Assembly: GCA_035559535.1 (NCBI GenBank)
Contig: DATMBG010000033.1
Location: 125,573 to 180,378, forward strand
DNA: 54,806 nucleotides
DNA from: Candidatus Limnocylindrales bacterium
GTDB taxonomy: Bacteria > Moduliflexota > Moduliflexia > Moduliflexales > JAUQPW01
Direction: 5' to 3'
The notes beneath the pieces were generated by a model. It was not told the origin of the DNA, did not search any database, and saw only the letters and a list, made by a program, of their open reading frames with translations. Made by a program: the position numbers and the translations under genes. Of the stretch, positions 18,798 to 27,861 are shown piece after piece. Numbering within the stretch: position 1 is the stretch's first letter; every line of letters begins with the position of its first letter.

Positions 18798-20156
18798 ATG
18801 GAGGTAGGTACATCGGAACACCCCATTACCCGCAGGGAAGAACTTAGAGAGTACTTTCAGCAGGTAGCTAAACCCCCTTCTAAGCAGAGAATCGGTATGG
18901 AATGTGAAGGGGTCGGGGTATTTGAAGACAGTGGAAAAGCCATCCCCTACTACGGTGAAAAAGGTGTTCTGGCCATCCTGACGGAGATGGTTCAGAAGTT
19001 CGACTGGCAACCTATTTGGGAAGGAGAAGCGATCATTGCCCTTCAGCGGGGCAATTCACGGGTCACCCTGGAACCGGGGGGTCAGATAGAATTAAGTAGC
19101 TCCCCTTATGATAACTTACATACTCTGGCCAGGGAATTTCGAGACTACTGGGGGCAGCTTAATAGTATTGCCAAACCTATGGGAATCGCTTTCCTGGGGA
19201 TTGGAATGCAACCGGTCAGTAAAATAGAAGAAATCGGCTGGGTCCCCAAGGGTCGCTACAAGATTATGTCCCGATATTTAAAAAATAAGGGCCCTCTCAG
19301 CCATTATATGATGAAGGCCACGGCAACCGTACAGGCTGCTGTAGATTTTACCGGTGAACAGGATGCCATGGAGAAGCTGAAGCTGGCTTTTGGGTTATCC
19401 CCTGTAGTTACCGCTATGGTGGCTAATTCCCCATTTTACGGATCCCAGCTCAACGGATTTATCACCATGCGCTATTACGTCTGGCACCATACCGACCCCG
19501 ACCGCTGTGGCATCATTCCGGAGATTTTTTCTAAACCCAATCCCGGATTTCAAGATTACGTTGATTATGCTCTTCGGGTTCCCATGCTGTTTATCCAACG
19601 CAACCGCCAGTGGATTGAAATGGATGGAATCCCTTTTGGTGAATACCTTCAGTCTGGATATAAAGGATATCAGGCCACCCGGGAAGATTGGGAACTCCAC
19701 CTATCCACGATTTTTACCGATGCACGTCTTAAACAGTATATCGAGTTGAGAAGTGCTGATCATCCTAAACCCGACCTGGCTCTTTCGATTCCGGCTTTTT
19801 GGAAAGGAATTTTTTACGATGATCTGGCCAAAGAAGCCGCCTGGGAACTGATCAAGGACTGGAGTTTGGAGGAATGGGTTAAATTAAGTTGGGATGTCTG
19901 TTCCCAAGGACTGGAAGCCCGAATTCGCAATTACCTCCTCTTAAATTTAGTTCAAGAGCTTGTTCAAATCAGTTTGGAAGGGCTGAAACGTCAGCGGGTC
20001 TTAAATCAATCCCAACAAGACGAACGGATATATCTCGATCCTTTGCAAGATTTTATCTCCCGTCACAAATCTTCTCCCGGTAAAGTTTTGATAGAACTAT
20101 GGCAGGGAGCCTGGAATCAGGATATTCGAAAGCTAATTGATTACTCGCGGTACTGA
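18798..20156 (+). CDS. gshA: glutamate--cysteine ligase (plant/alphaproteobacterial GCS2 type)
   Basis: RIGMECE, VTLEPGGQIELS, WVPKGRY.IM, ANSPF, WHHTDPDRCG, HLSTIFTDARLKQYIELRSAD, PAFWKG. Confidence 0.88.
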   Translation: MEVGTSEHPITRREELREYFQQVAKPPSKQRIGMECEGVGVFEDSGKAIPYYGEKGVLAILTEMVQKFDWQPIWEGEAIIALQRGNSRVTLEPGGQIELSSSPYDNLHTLAREFRDYWGQLNSIAKPMGIAFLGIGMQPVSKIEEIGWVPKGRYKIMSRYLKNKGPLSHYMMKATATVQAAVDFTGEQDAMEKLKLAFGLSPVVTAMVANSPFYGSQLNGFITMRYYVWHHTDPDRCGIIPEIFSKPNPGFQDYVDYALRVPMLFIQRNRQWIEMDGIPFGEYLQSGYKGYQATREDWELHLSTIFTDARLKQYIELRSADHPKPDLALSIPAFWKGIFYDDLAKEAAWELIKDWSLEEWVKLSWDVCSQGLEARIRNYLLLNLVQELVQISLEGLKRQRVLNQSQQDERIYLDPLQDFISRHKSSPGKVLIELWQGAWNQDIRKLIDYSRY

Positions 20157-20215
20157 GTCCAAAGGTCAGAGGCTATTCTAACCTCTGATCTCCTGACCCT
20201 TGACTCCGGATCAAA

Positions 20216-21244
20216 ATGAATCATCGTTTTCTGAAGGCATGCAAGCGAGAAGTGGTGGATTGTACCCCGGTTTGGTTTATGCGGCAGGCCGGACGATATA
20301 TGGCCGAATATCGGGCCATTCGTCAGAAATATACCCTTCTCACCATCTGTAAAACACCCGAGCTGGCAGCACAGGTGACCCTTCAACCTATTGAAAAGCT
20401 AGGGGTTGATGCTGCCATCATTTTTGCCGATATTCTTCTTCCCGTAGAGGGTATGGGAATCCAACTGGAATTTGCACAGGGAGAAGGTCCGGTGATCCGC
20501 AACCCAATTCGAGATAAAGCGGCTGTTGAAGCACTCCGCCCCATAGAACCCGAAGAAATGGTCCCTTTTACTTTGGAGGCCATCCGAATCGTTCGCCGCG
20601 AGTTAAACAATCGCATCCCTCTCATCGGCTTTGCAGGAGCTCCTTTTACCCTGGCCAGCTACCTGATCGAAGGAGGACACTCTCGAGATTATGTCCTCAC
20701 AAAATCTATGATGTATAAAGACCCTGAAACCTGGAGAAGTCTCATGACTAAGCTGGCCAAGGTAGTTACGGCCTATCTGCAAAGCCAAATCCGGGCAGGT
20801 GCTCAGGCTGTCCAACTCTTTGATAGCTGGATCGGGTGCCTCAGCCCGGGTGACTACCGGGAATACGTACTCCCCTTTAGCCGTCAGATTATTCAAAATC
20901 TGAAGAGAGAAAATGTACCTATCATCCATTTTGGAACCGGAACGGCTGCACTTCTGGAACTGATGAGAGAAGCCGGAAGTGATGTGATAGGAGTCGATTG
21001 GCGGGTAAATATAGATGAAGCCTGGAACCGTCTAGGTAATCATATAGCTATTCAGGGAAACCTGGACCCTGTAGCGCTTTTCGCCCCTTTGCCGGAGCTT
21101 AAAAAACGAATAAAAGAGATTCTACAGAGAGTCGGAAACCGACCCGGTCATATCTTCAACCTGGGCCACGGTATCCTACCACAAACTCCTGTAGAAAATG
21201 TCATCGCGACGGTCCAGATGGTCCATGAACTCAGTCAAAGATAG
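20216..21244 (+). CDS. hemE: uroporphyrinogen decarboxylase
   Basis: PVWFMRQAGRY, DAAIIFADIL, LIGFAGAPFTLASY, QLFDSW, QGNLDP, IFNLGHG. Confidence 0.97.
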   Translation: MNHRFLKACKREVVDCTPVWFMRQAGRYMAEYRAIRQKYTLLTICKTPELAAQVTLQPIEKLGVDAAIIFADILLPVEGMGIQLEFAQGEGPVIRNPIRDKAAVEALRPIEPEEMVPFTLEAIRIVRRELNNRIPLIGFAGAPFTLASYLIEGGHSRDYVLTKSMMYKDPETWRSLMTKLAKVVTAYLQSQIRAGAQAVQLFDSWIGCLSPGDYREYVLPFSRQIIQNLKRENVPIIHFGTGTAALLELMREAGSDVIGVDWRVNIDEAWNRLGNHIAIQGNLDPVALFAPLPELKKRIKEILQRVGNRPGHIFNLGHGILPQTPVENVIATVQMVHELSQR

Positions 21245-21245
21245 A

Positions 21246-21376
21246 GATGGGAGTGTGGGGGTGTGGGAGTGTGGGAGTATGGGGGTATGGAAGTATGGGA
21301 GTGTGAAAGGATGGGGTATGGGAGTATATTCTCCTACACTTTCCCACCTCCATACTCCCACACTCCCACACCCCCA
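21246..21376. repeat. inverted octamer tandem-repeat element, copy 3
   Basis: About 10 GTRTGGRA-like units, then C-rich inverse units, between hemE and hemH. Confidence 0.85.
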
Positions 21377-21388
21377 TCCTCTTAAATT

Positions 21389-22342
21389 ATGTCAGGTAAC
21401 TCTAATCCTGAGAGGATAGGAGTTCTCCTCATGAGCTACGGAAGCCCGGATTCCCTGGATGATTTTGAAGCCTATTTCACGGATATTCGGGGAGGTCGCA
21501 AACCGGCTCCTGAGTTAGTTGAGGAAATTAAAAATCGATACCGACTTATTGGAGGTAAATCCCCTCTTCCCCAAATTACGCAAGATCAAGCCCGGGCTTT
21601 GCAGGAGCGGTTAAATGCCGGGCATGAGTCATCGGGCTATCTTTATCGGGTTTACCTGGGTATGCGACACTGGCATCCTTATATTAAAGAAACTTTTAAA
21701 AAAATCCTCGATGATGGTGTGAAGCGCTTAATAGCTTTAGCTCTGGCCCCTCAATATTCTCGCCTGAGTGTCGGCGCTTACATTGAGAAGGTGAAAGAAG
21801 CAGAAGCCGAGCTGAACGGGCATATCCATATTTCCTATGTGGAAAGCTGGCATACTCATCCGTTATTCCTTGAAGCCATCGCTCAACATGTGAAAAAAGC
21901 ACTCGACCGATTCCCTGCTTCCGTTCGAAATCAGGTCCAGATCGTTTTTACGGCCCATAGCCTTCCGGAACGAATCCTTGCGGAGGGCGATCCCTATCCT
22001 CAACATTTACAGCAAACCGTAGAGGGGATTCTGCAACGCCTTGGTCCTGTATCCTGGCATTTCGCTTACCAGAGCCAGGGGCGAACCTCGGAAAAATGGT
22101 TAGGACCCAGCGTTGAAGCCACCCTAGAAGATCTCTGGACCAGGGGATATCGAAATGTTCTCCTGGCTCCTGTAGGGTTTGTCTCCGATCATGTGGAAAT
22201 CCTCTACGATATCGACATCTTGTTTAAGAATTTAGCAACTGCCAAGGGTATGCATTTAGAACGAATCGAATCTTTAAACACCGATCCTCTTTTTATAGAA
22301 GCTCTGGCTTCGGTTATTTTGGAGCACCTGGCAGTTTTATAA
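21389..22342 (+). CDS. hemH: ferrochelatase (HemH/CpfC)
   Basis: GVLLMSYGSP, Y..IGGKSPL, GMRHWHPY, FTAHSLP, DPY, YQS, WLGP, GFVSDHVEILYDID. Confidence 0.96.
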   Translation: MSGNSNPERIGVLLMSYGSPDSLDDFEAYFTDIRGGRKPAPELVEEIKNRYRLIGGKSPLPQITQDQARALQERLNAGHESSGYLYRVYLGMRHWHPYIKETFKKILDDGVKRLIALALAPQYSRLSVGAYIEKVKEAEAELNGHIHISYVESWHTHPLFLEAIAQHVKKALDRFPASVRNQVQIVFTAHSLPERILAEGDPYPQHLQQTVEGILQRLGPVSWHFAYQSQGRTSEKWLGPSVEATLEDLWTRGYRNVLLAPVGFVSDHVEILYDIDILFKNLATAKGMHLERIESLNTDPLFIEALASVILEHLAVL

Positions 22343-22343
22343 A

Positions 22344-22448
22344 GTATGGGAGTGTGGGAGTGTGGAGGTGTGGGAGTGTGGGAGTGTGGGGGTGTGGGAG
22401 CATGGAAGTGGGAGGGTAAATACTTCCACACTCCCATACTCCCATACC
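22344..22448. repeat. inverted octamer tandem-repeat element, copy 4
   Basis: gtatgggagtgtgggagtgtggaggtgtgggagtgtgggag ... cttccacactcccatactcccatac. Confidence 0.85.
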
Positions 22449-22465
22449 CTCATTCTTAAACGGTT

Positions 22466-23914
22466 GTGTCTAAAAAAATTATCATTGTAGGTGGCGGAAT
22501 TTCCGGGCTATCAACTGCTTACTTTATCCAGGAGCAACTGGCCTCTTTGGGGGATCAAGTAGATTGCTACCTCATCGAAGGACGAGAACGCCTGGGAGGG
22601 GTTATCCTTACAGAAGTAGTAGACGGTTTTGTCATCGAAGGGGGGCCTGATTCTTTTTTGTCCACCAAACCCTGGGCTTTAGAGCTTTGTCAAAAACTGG
22701 GTTTGACAGATCGTTTGATAGGCACGCGGGAAGATCAGCGTAAAACCTATGTGTTTTCTAGAGGAAGATTGGAAGAACTACCCGAAGGATTAACCTTTAT
22801 GATTCCCACTCAGATCAGATCCTTTCTTCGGAGTGGTTTGATCTCCCTACCCGGAAAGATTCGGATGGGGCTGGACTTACTTCTGCCTCGCAAAGTGGGA
22901 AGAGAAGATGAATCCCTAGGAGCCTTTATACGCCGTCGCCTGGGGCGAGAGGTTTTGGAACGAATCGCAGAACCCCTTTTGGGAGGTATCTATGCGGGTC
23001 AGATAGATCAGATGAGTCTTCAGGCTACCTTTCCGAATTTCCAAACCCTGGAGCAAGAATATAGAAGCCTGATCTGGGGTATGTTACGTAAACGCCGGGA
23101 AATCCCGAAGTCCCTAAAAACCCCCTCCAAATGGACCCTATTCGTAACCCTCCGGGGCGGTCTTACAGAACTGGTTCAGACTTTGACTACCCAACTAAAC
23201 CGGATATCTTTTATAAAGGGTAAACCTGTGGTCTGGATAAAGCCTTCTTCGGATTCCTCCTCTCTACAGCCTGTTTACCACCTAACTTTGGCCAACGGAG
23301 AGATTCTCCAGGCCGACGTGATAGTGTTAGCCACACCGGCTTATATAGCAGCAGACTTTGTAGAAAGCTTTAATTCATCCCTGGCGGCTGTATTAAGAGA
23401 AATTCCCTATACTTCAACTGTTACCATATCTCTGGGATATAAAAAATCGGATTTCGCCCACTTACCCCCTGGATTTGGTTTTGTCGTTCCCCGGGTTGAA
23501 AATCGTAGAATCATTGCCTCTACCTGGACTTCCAATAAATATCCTCATCGGGCTCCCGATGACAAGATCTTGCTTCGATGCTACATAGGCGGAGCTAACC
23601 AAGAAGATCTGGTTTCGCTGGAGGATCGGATTCTTATTCAAATCGTCCGGGAAGAGCTGAGAGAAATCGCGGGAATTACCCAGGAACCCGTTTTAACCCG
23701 GGTGTATCGATGGGAAAAAGTCATGCCGCAATACCTGGTCGGGCATCTGAATCGCTTAACTACCCTGGAAAGACTCCTAACCCATCATCCGGGACTTTTC
23801 TTAACCGGAAATGCCTATCGGGGGCCTGGTATACCGGATTGTATCCACAGTGGTGCTTTAACGGCTGAGAAGGTGTTGAAGTATCTTCAACTCTCTTCCG
23901 GCCCTCAGACCTGA
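22466..23914 (+). CDS. hemY: HemY-type proto/coproporphyrinogen oxidase
   Basis: FAD motif IIVGGGISGL, EGGPDSFL, EPLLGGIYAG, GFGFVVP, MPQY.VGH, GPGIPDCI. Confidence 0.95.
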   Translation: MSKKIIIVGGGISGLSTAYFIQEQLASLGDQVDCYLIEGRERLGGVILTEVVDGFVIEGGPDSFLSTKPWALELCQKLGLTDRLIGTREDQRKTYVFSRGRLEELPEGLTFMIPTQIRSFLRSGLISLPGKIRMGLDLLLPRKVGREDESLGAFIRRRLGREVLERIAEPLLGGIYAGQIDQMSLQATFPNFQTLEQEYRSLIWGMLRKRREIPKSLKTPSKWTLFVTLRGGLTELVQTLTTQLNRISFIKGKPVVWIKPSSDSSSLQPVYHLTLANGEILQADVIVLATPAYIAADFVESFNSSLAAVLREIPYTSTVTISLGYKKSDFAHLPPGFGFVVPRVENRRIIASTWTSNKYPHRAPDDKILLRCYIGGANQEDLVSLEDRILIQIVREELREIAGITQEPVLTRVYRWEKVMPQYLVGHLNRLTTLERLLTHHPGLFLTGNAYRGPGIPDCIHSGALTAEKVLKYLQLSSGPQT

Positions 23915-23916
23915 AG

Positions 23917-25086
23917 ATGAAACCCATTTACTTAGATTATAATGCTACCACTCCTATCGATCTGGAAGTTGCCGAAACTATGCAACCCTATCTCTATGAA
24001 CATTTCGGGAATCCCTCCAGTTCCCATTGGTACGGTATACAAGCAAAAAAGGCCATTGAGAAAGCGCGGGAGCAGGTGGCCGATTTGTTGGGATGCAGCC
24101 CAGAGGAGATTATATTTACCAGTGGAGGGAGCGAGTCCAATAATCACGCCATTAAAGGGGTTGCTTTTGCTTATGGTCACAAAGGCCATCATATCATCAC
24201 TTCTACAATTGAACATCCGGCTGTAATAAACGTTTGTAAATATCTAGAGACCCAGGGTTTCCAGGTCACCTATTTACCTGTAAATAAATTTGGCCTGGTA
24301 GAGGTAGAAACCCTGGCAAAAGCCCTGACACCTCAAACTATTTTAATCAGTATCATGCATGCCAACAATGAGGTTGGAACCCTTCAGCCCTTATCGGAAA
24401 TTGCCCGAATTGCCCGACAACACGGTGTTATTTTCCATACCGACGCGGCTCAATCGGTTGGCAAGATTCCTACCAACGTAGATGAGCTGGGAGTAGATCT
24501 TCTATCCCTTGCCGGGCATAAACTTTATGCTCCGAAAGGAATTGGAGCTTTGTATATTCGACGGGGTATTCAGTTACAGAAATTAATTCATGGGGCAGGT
24601 CATGAGCGGAATTTGCGGGCCGGTACGGAAAATGTAATTGGAATTGTAGGTCTTGGAAAAGCCTGTGAAATTGCCAAACGCGATTTATCCAGGAATCTAT
24701 TCACCCTGAAAAAAATGCGAGACCGATTGCACAAAGGTCTGGAACAGAAACTGGATCAAATAAGATTAAATGGGCATCCTGAAAAACGATTGCCCAATAC
24801 CTTAAGTATAGGTTTTGCAAACCTGGAAGCGAATACTCTCCTGTCAAGAATGGAAGGTCTTGCCGTTTCGGCCGGCTCGGCCTGTCATTCAGGTTCTGTA
24901 GAAATTTCATCAGTTTTGGCGGCTATGAAAGTTCCCCTAGAATATGCCTTGGGAACTATTCGTTTCTCCACGGGTAAAATGACCACAGAAGAAGAAATCG
25001 ATCAGGCCATTGAGATAGTGGTAAAAGCCGTTCAGCAAATAAGGCAAAGAGATGCCACGCATATTCCCATTGAAGCGGGGAGGTGA
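23917..25086 (+). CDS. cysteine desulfurase / selenocysteine lyase-like (NifS/IscS family)
   Basis: IYLDYNATTP, FGNPSS, FTSGGSE, HANNEVG, HTDAAQ, GHKLYAPKG, SAGSACHS. Confidence 0.93.
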   Translation: MKPIYLDYNATTPIDLEVAETMQPYLYEHFGNPSSSHWYGIQAKKAIEKAREQVADLLGCSPEEIIFTSGGSESNNHAIKGVAFAYGHKGHHIITSTIEHPAVINVCKYLETQGFQVTYLPVNKFGLVEVETLAKALTPQTILISIMHANNEVGTLQPLSEIARIARQHGVIFHTDAAQSVGKIPTNVDELGVDLLSLAGHKLYAPKGIGALYIRRGIQLQKLIHGAGHERNLRAGTENVIGIVGLGKACEIAKRDLSRNLFTLKKMRDRLHKGLEQKLDQIRLNGHPEKRLPNTLSIGFANLEANTLLSRMEGLAVSAGSACHSGSVEISSVLAAMKVPLEYALGTIRFSTGKMTTEEEIDQAIEIVVKAVQQIRQRDATHIPIEAGR

Positions 25087-25676
25087 TCAAAATGAAAGAA
25101 TTAGTTCCAGGAAGTGTCCCTGTCTATACGCCTGTTTTTAAGGAGCTTCTTCAAGAAGAGCGTCTAAATCCCCTGGATGCAGGTGTCCCTAACCTTCAGG
25201 TACGGAAGACCCTTGAAGCGTTAACCCCCGAGAAGGCCTTTGCGCCCCATTCAATCGTAGATAGAGATATGGCCAATGCTTGTTTAGCAGCTATCTGGCT
25301 TTATCATGATTTTCTGGATGAATCTCATCGCTTGAGTCAAGCGATTTCCACTCCTGTAGGAAGTTACTGGCATGGTCTGATGCATCGTCGGGAGCCGGAT
25401 TTTTCCAACAGTAAGTATTGGTTTCGGCGGGTTGGGGATTTTCCTATTTTTGAATCCCTTCGACTTGCAGCCGCGGAACTGGCTTCAGCCTCGACTCCCC
25501 ATGCATCTACCACCTTCTTGATCCATCAGGCAAAATGGGATCCTTTTGCTTTTATTGATTTATGCGAAGCCTGCTTAAAAGGTCGTTCACCGGCCGACAT
25601 GCTCTGTCGTCAGATCCAGAAGCGTGAATGGGAACTTCTTTTCGATTATTGCTTTGAAAAGGCTATTGGACGTTAA
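25083..25676 (+). CDS. conserved hypothetical protein
   Basis: Overlaps the nifS stop; motif-rich stretch WLYHDFLDESH..SQ.I....GSYWHGLMHRREPDFSNSKYWFRRVG. Confidence 0.75.
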   Translation: MIKMKELVPGSVPVYTPVFKELLQEERLNPLDAGVPNLQVRKTLEALTPEKAFAPHSIVDRDMANACLAAIWLYHDFLDESHRLSQAISTPVGSYWHGLMHRREPDFSNSKYWFRRVGDFPIFESLRLAAAELASASTPHASTTFLIHQAKWDPFAFIDLCEACLKGRSPADMLCRQIQKREWELLFDYCFEKAIGR

Positions 25677-26697
25677 GATTTATAGATTTCTTATCTTTTT
25701 CATGCCTGTTCATCAAAGGATCCAAATGGATCGTCTGACCGTGTTGCATTAAGAAAAAGGTCTCAGGAGCCAGACCGGCGGCTTCCCGCGCTGCCATCAG
25801 GCGTTTGGGGGGTTCATCCATAGGCTCATCGGTGAGGTTAAAGGTTCCCCAGTGCATAGCAACCGAGTATCGGGAGTTTAAATCTCGATGTATTTGCACG
25901 GCCTCCTCGGGATTGATGTGCATGGCTTTCATAAACCAGCGTGGCTCATAAGCTCCAATGGGAAGAGCAGAGAGGTCAAAGGGTCCCAACCGGCGCCCGA
26001 TTTCCAGGAAATCGAGGGAGTATCCGGTATCTCCGGCAAAGAAAAATTTAAAGTCCGGATGTGCAATGACCCAACCCGCCCAAAGAGTCTTGTTTTTATT
26101 GAAGGGGGTACGGGCACTGAAGTGTTGAGTCGGAACTGCATACAGAGTAAACCCAAAGCTTTGAATGCTCTCCCACCAATCCAGCTCCGTTACCTTTGAA
26201 ATACCCAGCCTGGTAAACCAGATTTTGAGTCCCAGAGGCACAAAAAAGTGGGGGCTCTTTCCTGGGCCTTGCTTTTGGTAGAGCCGCTTCACCGTGGATG
26301 TGTCCAGATGATCGTAGTGGTTATGGGAAATAAATACCATATCGATGACAGGAAGATCCTCAAGGGCAAGTCCCGGCGGTGTCACCCGTTTGGGACCCAT
26401 CCAGGAAAGTGGAGAGGCACGTCCGGTTAAGTGGGGATCTGTCAGAATATTGACCCCTTTCAATTGGAGTAAAAAGCTGGCATGCCCGATCCAGGTTAAA
26501 GTTGTCTCGGTGCGATTTCGACGAAGGAAAGCAGGATCATTTTTGGCCAAAGGGAAATGATAGCTCTCTTTTTTCGGATTATTCGATCTTCGCCCCCATA
26601 GACGATTCCACCTCCACTTGAGAAAGTCTATAAACGTATGGGCGTCATGGGGATAGTTGTTTTGAAAACCTTGAAAGGTATGAGGATTCTTACCCAT
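25663..26697 (-). CDS. MBL-fold metallohydrolase (NAPE-PLD/RomA-like)
   Basis: TWIGHASFL, ILTDP, ISHNHYDHLD, FFAGDTGY, LPIGAYEPRWFM, MHWGTF. Confidence 0.93.
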   Translation of the reverse strand: MGKNPHTFQGFQNNYPHDAHTFIDFLKWRWNRLWGRRSNNPKKESYHFPLAKNDPAFLRRNRTETTLTWIGHASFLLQLKGVNILTDPHLTGRASPLSWMGPKRVTPPGLALEDLPVIDMVFISHNHYDHLDTSTVKRLYQKQGPGKSPHFFVPLGLKIWFTRLGISKVTELDWWESIQSFGFTLYAVPTQHFSARTPFNKNKTLWAGWVIAHPDFKFFFAGDTGYSLDFLEIGRRLGPFDLSALPIGAYEPRWFMKAMHINPEEAVQIHRDLNSRYSVAMHWGTFNLTDEPMDEPPKRLMAAREAAGLAPETFFLMQHGQTIHLDPLMNRHEKDKKSINLNVQ

Positions 26698-26925
26698 ATT
26701 GAGGTGAACAAAGTCTAAAGAAACATTATCCGAAGTTTTAATCTGGCTTTTTTCGTATAACCCTACAAATAACGCTACAAAATTTTAGCTGAAAAAATTA
26801 AAATAGAAGGTAATAACCTCTTTCTATCAAGCTAGTACAAGAGTTGAGAGATCTCAAGCAGATTCTTCAGGCAGATCTGGGAATTTAGCTGGCAAAGTTA
26901 GCCTGGAGACGTCAGGTTTACGAGT

Positions 26926-27294
26926 ATGGAACGACTCTTCTTTTCCTTAGGTGCCATCTCTGCTTTTATCGGAGTGGCTGCCGGAGCCTTTGGAGCCCAT
27001 GGTTTGAGGGAACGATTACCAGCCGACCTGCTCACTATTTTTGAGGTAGGGGTGCGTTATCAGATGTATCATGCGTTGGCTATGCTGGTTGTAGGCTGGG
27101 CTTATACCCGGTGGCCCGGGTCCCTGGTTGTAGCCGGCGGCTGGCTGTTTGTCCTGGGAACCATCCTGTTTTCTGGAAGCCTTTATCTTCTCAGCCTTAC
27201 CGGAGTTCGATGGCTGGGTGCGATTACGCCTCTTGGTGGTCTGGCGTTCCTGGGGGGTTGGGTATGTTTGATAGTAGCCGGTTTGCGGGGATAA
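26926..27294 (+). CDS. DUF423 family membrane protein (YgdD-like)
   Basis: GAFGAHGL, YQMYHALA, LFSGSLY, LGAITPLGG. Confidence 0.93.
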   Translation: MERLFFSLGAISAFIGVAAGAFGAHGLRERLPADLLTIFEVGVRYQMYHALAMLVVGWAYTRWPGSLVVAGGWLFVLGTILFSGSLYLLSLTGVRWLGAITPLGGLAFLGGWVCLIVAGLRG

Positions 27295-27383
27295 ATAACC
27301 ATTTCCCTATATTGCAAATGTCAGGGTATAATATCTCTAAAGCACTTCAGCCTGATCTCGAGTGGACAAACACCGGAAGGATA

Positions 27384-27603
27384 GTAGGGGCGCACGGTCG
27401 TACACCCTTACGGAATCTTTGAACGAACCTATCAAACTAACGAATTCCCCACGTGCTATTCTAACGCCTCGTAAGGTCACAAGGCCTTGCGCCCGTACTT
27501 AAAGTCCTACTAAAAAGAAAAGATCCAACCGGTTTAACTTCCTTCAGGGTTTGTCGTCTTCATTAAATAGGAACTGTAGGGGCACGGCATGCCGTGTCCC
27601 TAC
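27384..27603. repeat. cluster of three GTAG-type REP palindromes
   Basis: 27384-27411 gtaggggcgcacggtcgtacacccttac; 27471-27498 gtaaggtcacaaggccttgcgcccgtac; 27576-27603 gtaggggcacggcatgccgtgtccctac. Confidence 0.75.
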
Positions 27604-27717
27604 TATCTTTTTTCTATTAGTTATTTTCAATAACAATCGGTATTAACCTTTTTATTTTTACCCTGCTTCAAGATAATAGCCCTTCTATTTGTCATTACCA
27701 CAGGTCTGAGGTTTAGC

Positions 27718-27797
27718 TTGACAATAAAAACCGTTAATGCTAATTCAGTCTAAAGATTGAATTTAGCTAGAGGAAAAAACGGTATAAAACCGTTTTT
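27718..27797 (+). promoter_or_regulatory. putative zor promoter and downstream inverted repeat
   Basis: TTGACA (27718)-17 nt-TAATTC; AAAAACGGT-N5-ACCGTTTTT at 27775-27797. Confidence 0.45.
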
Positions 27798-27861
27798 GGG
27801 GGGCTTTTATCGATACTAAGGGGACGAGTACATGGAACATAACCCTGGTAAAAGCTAAATT

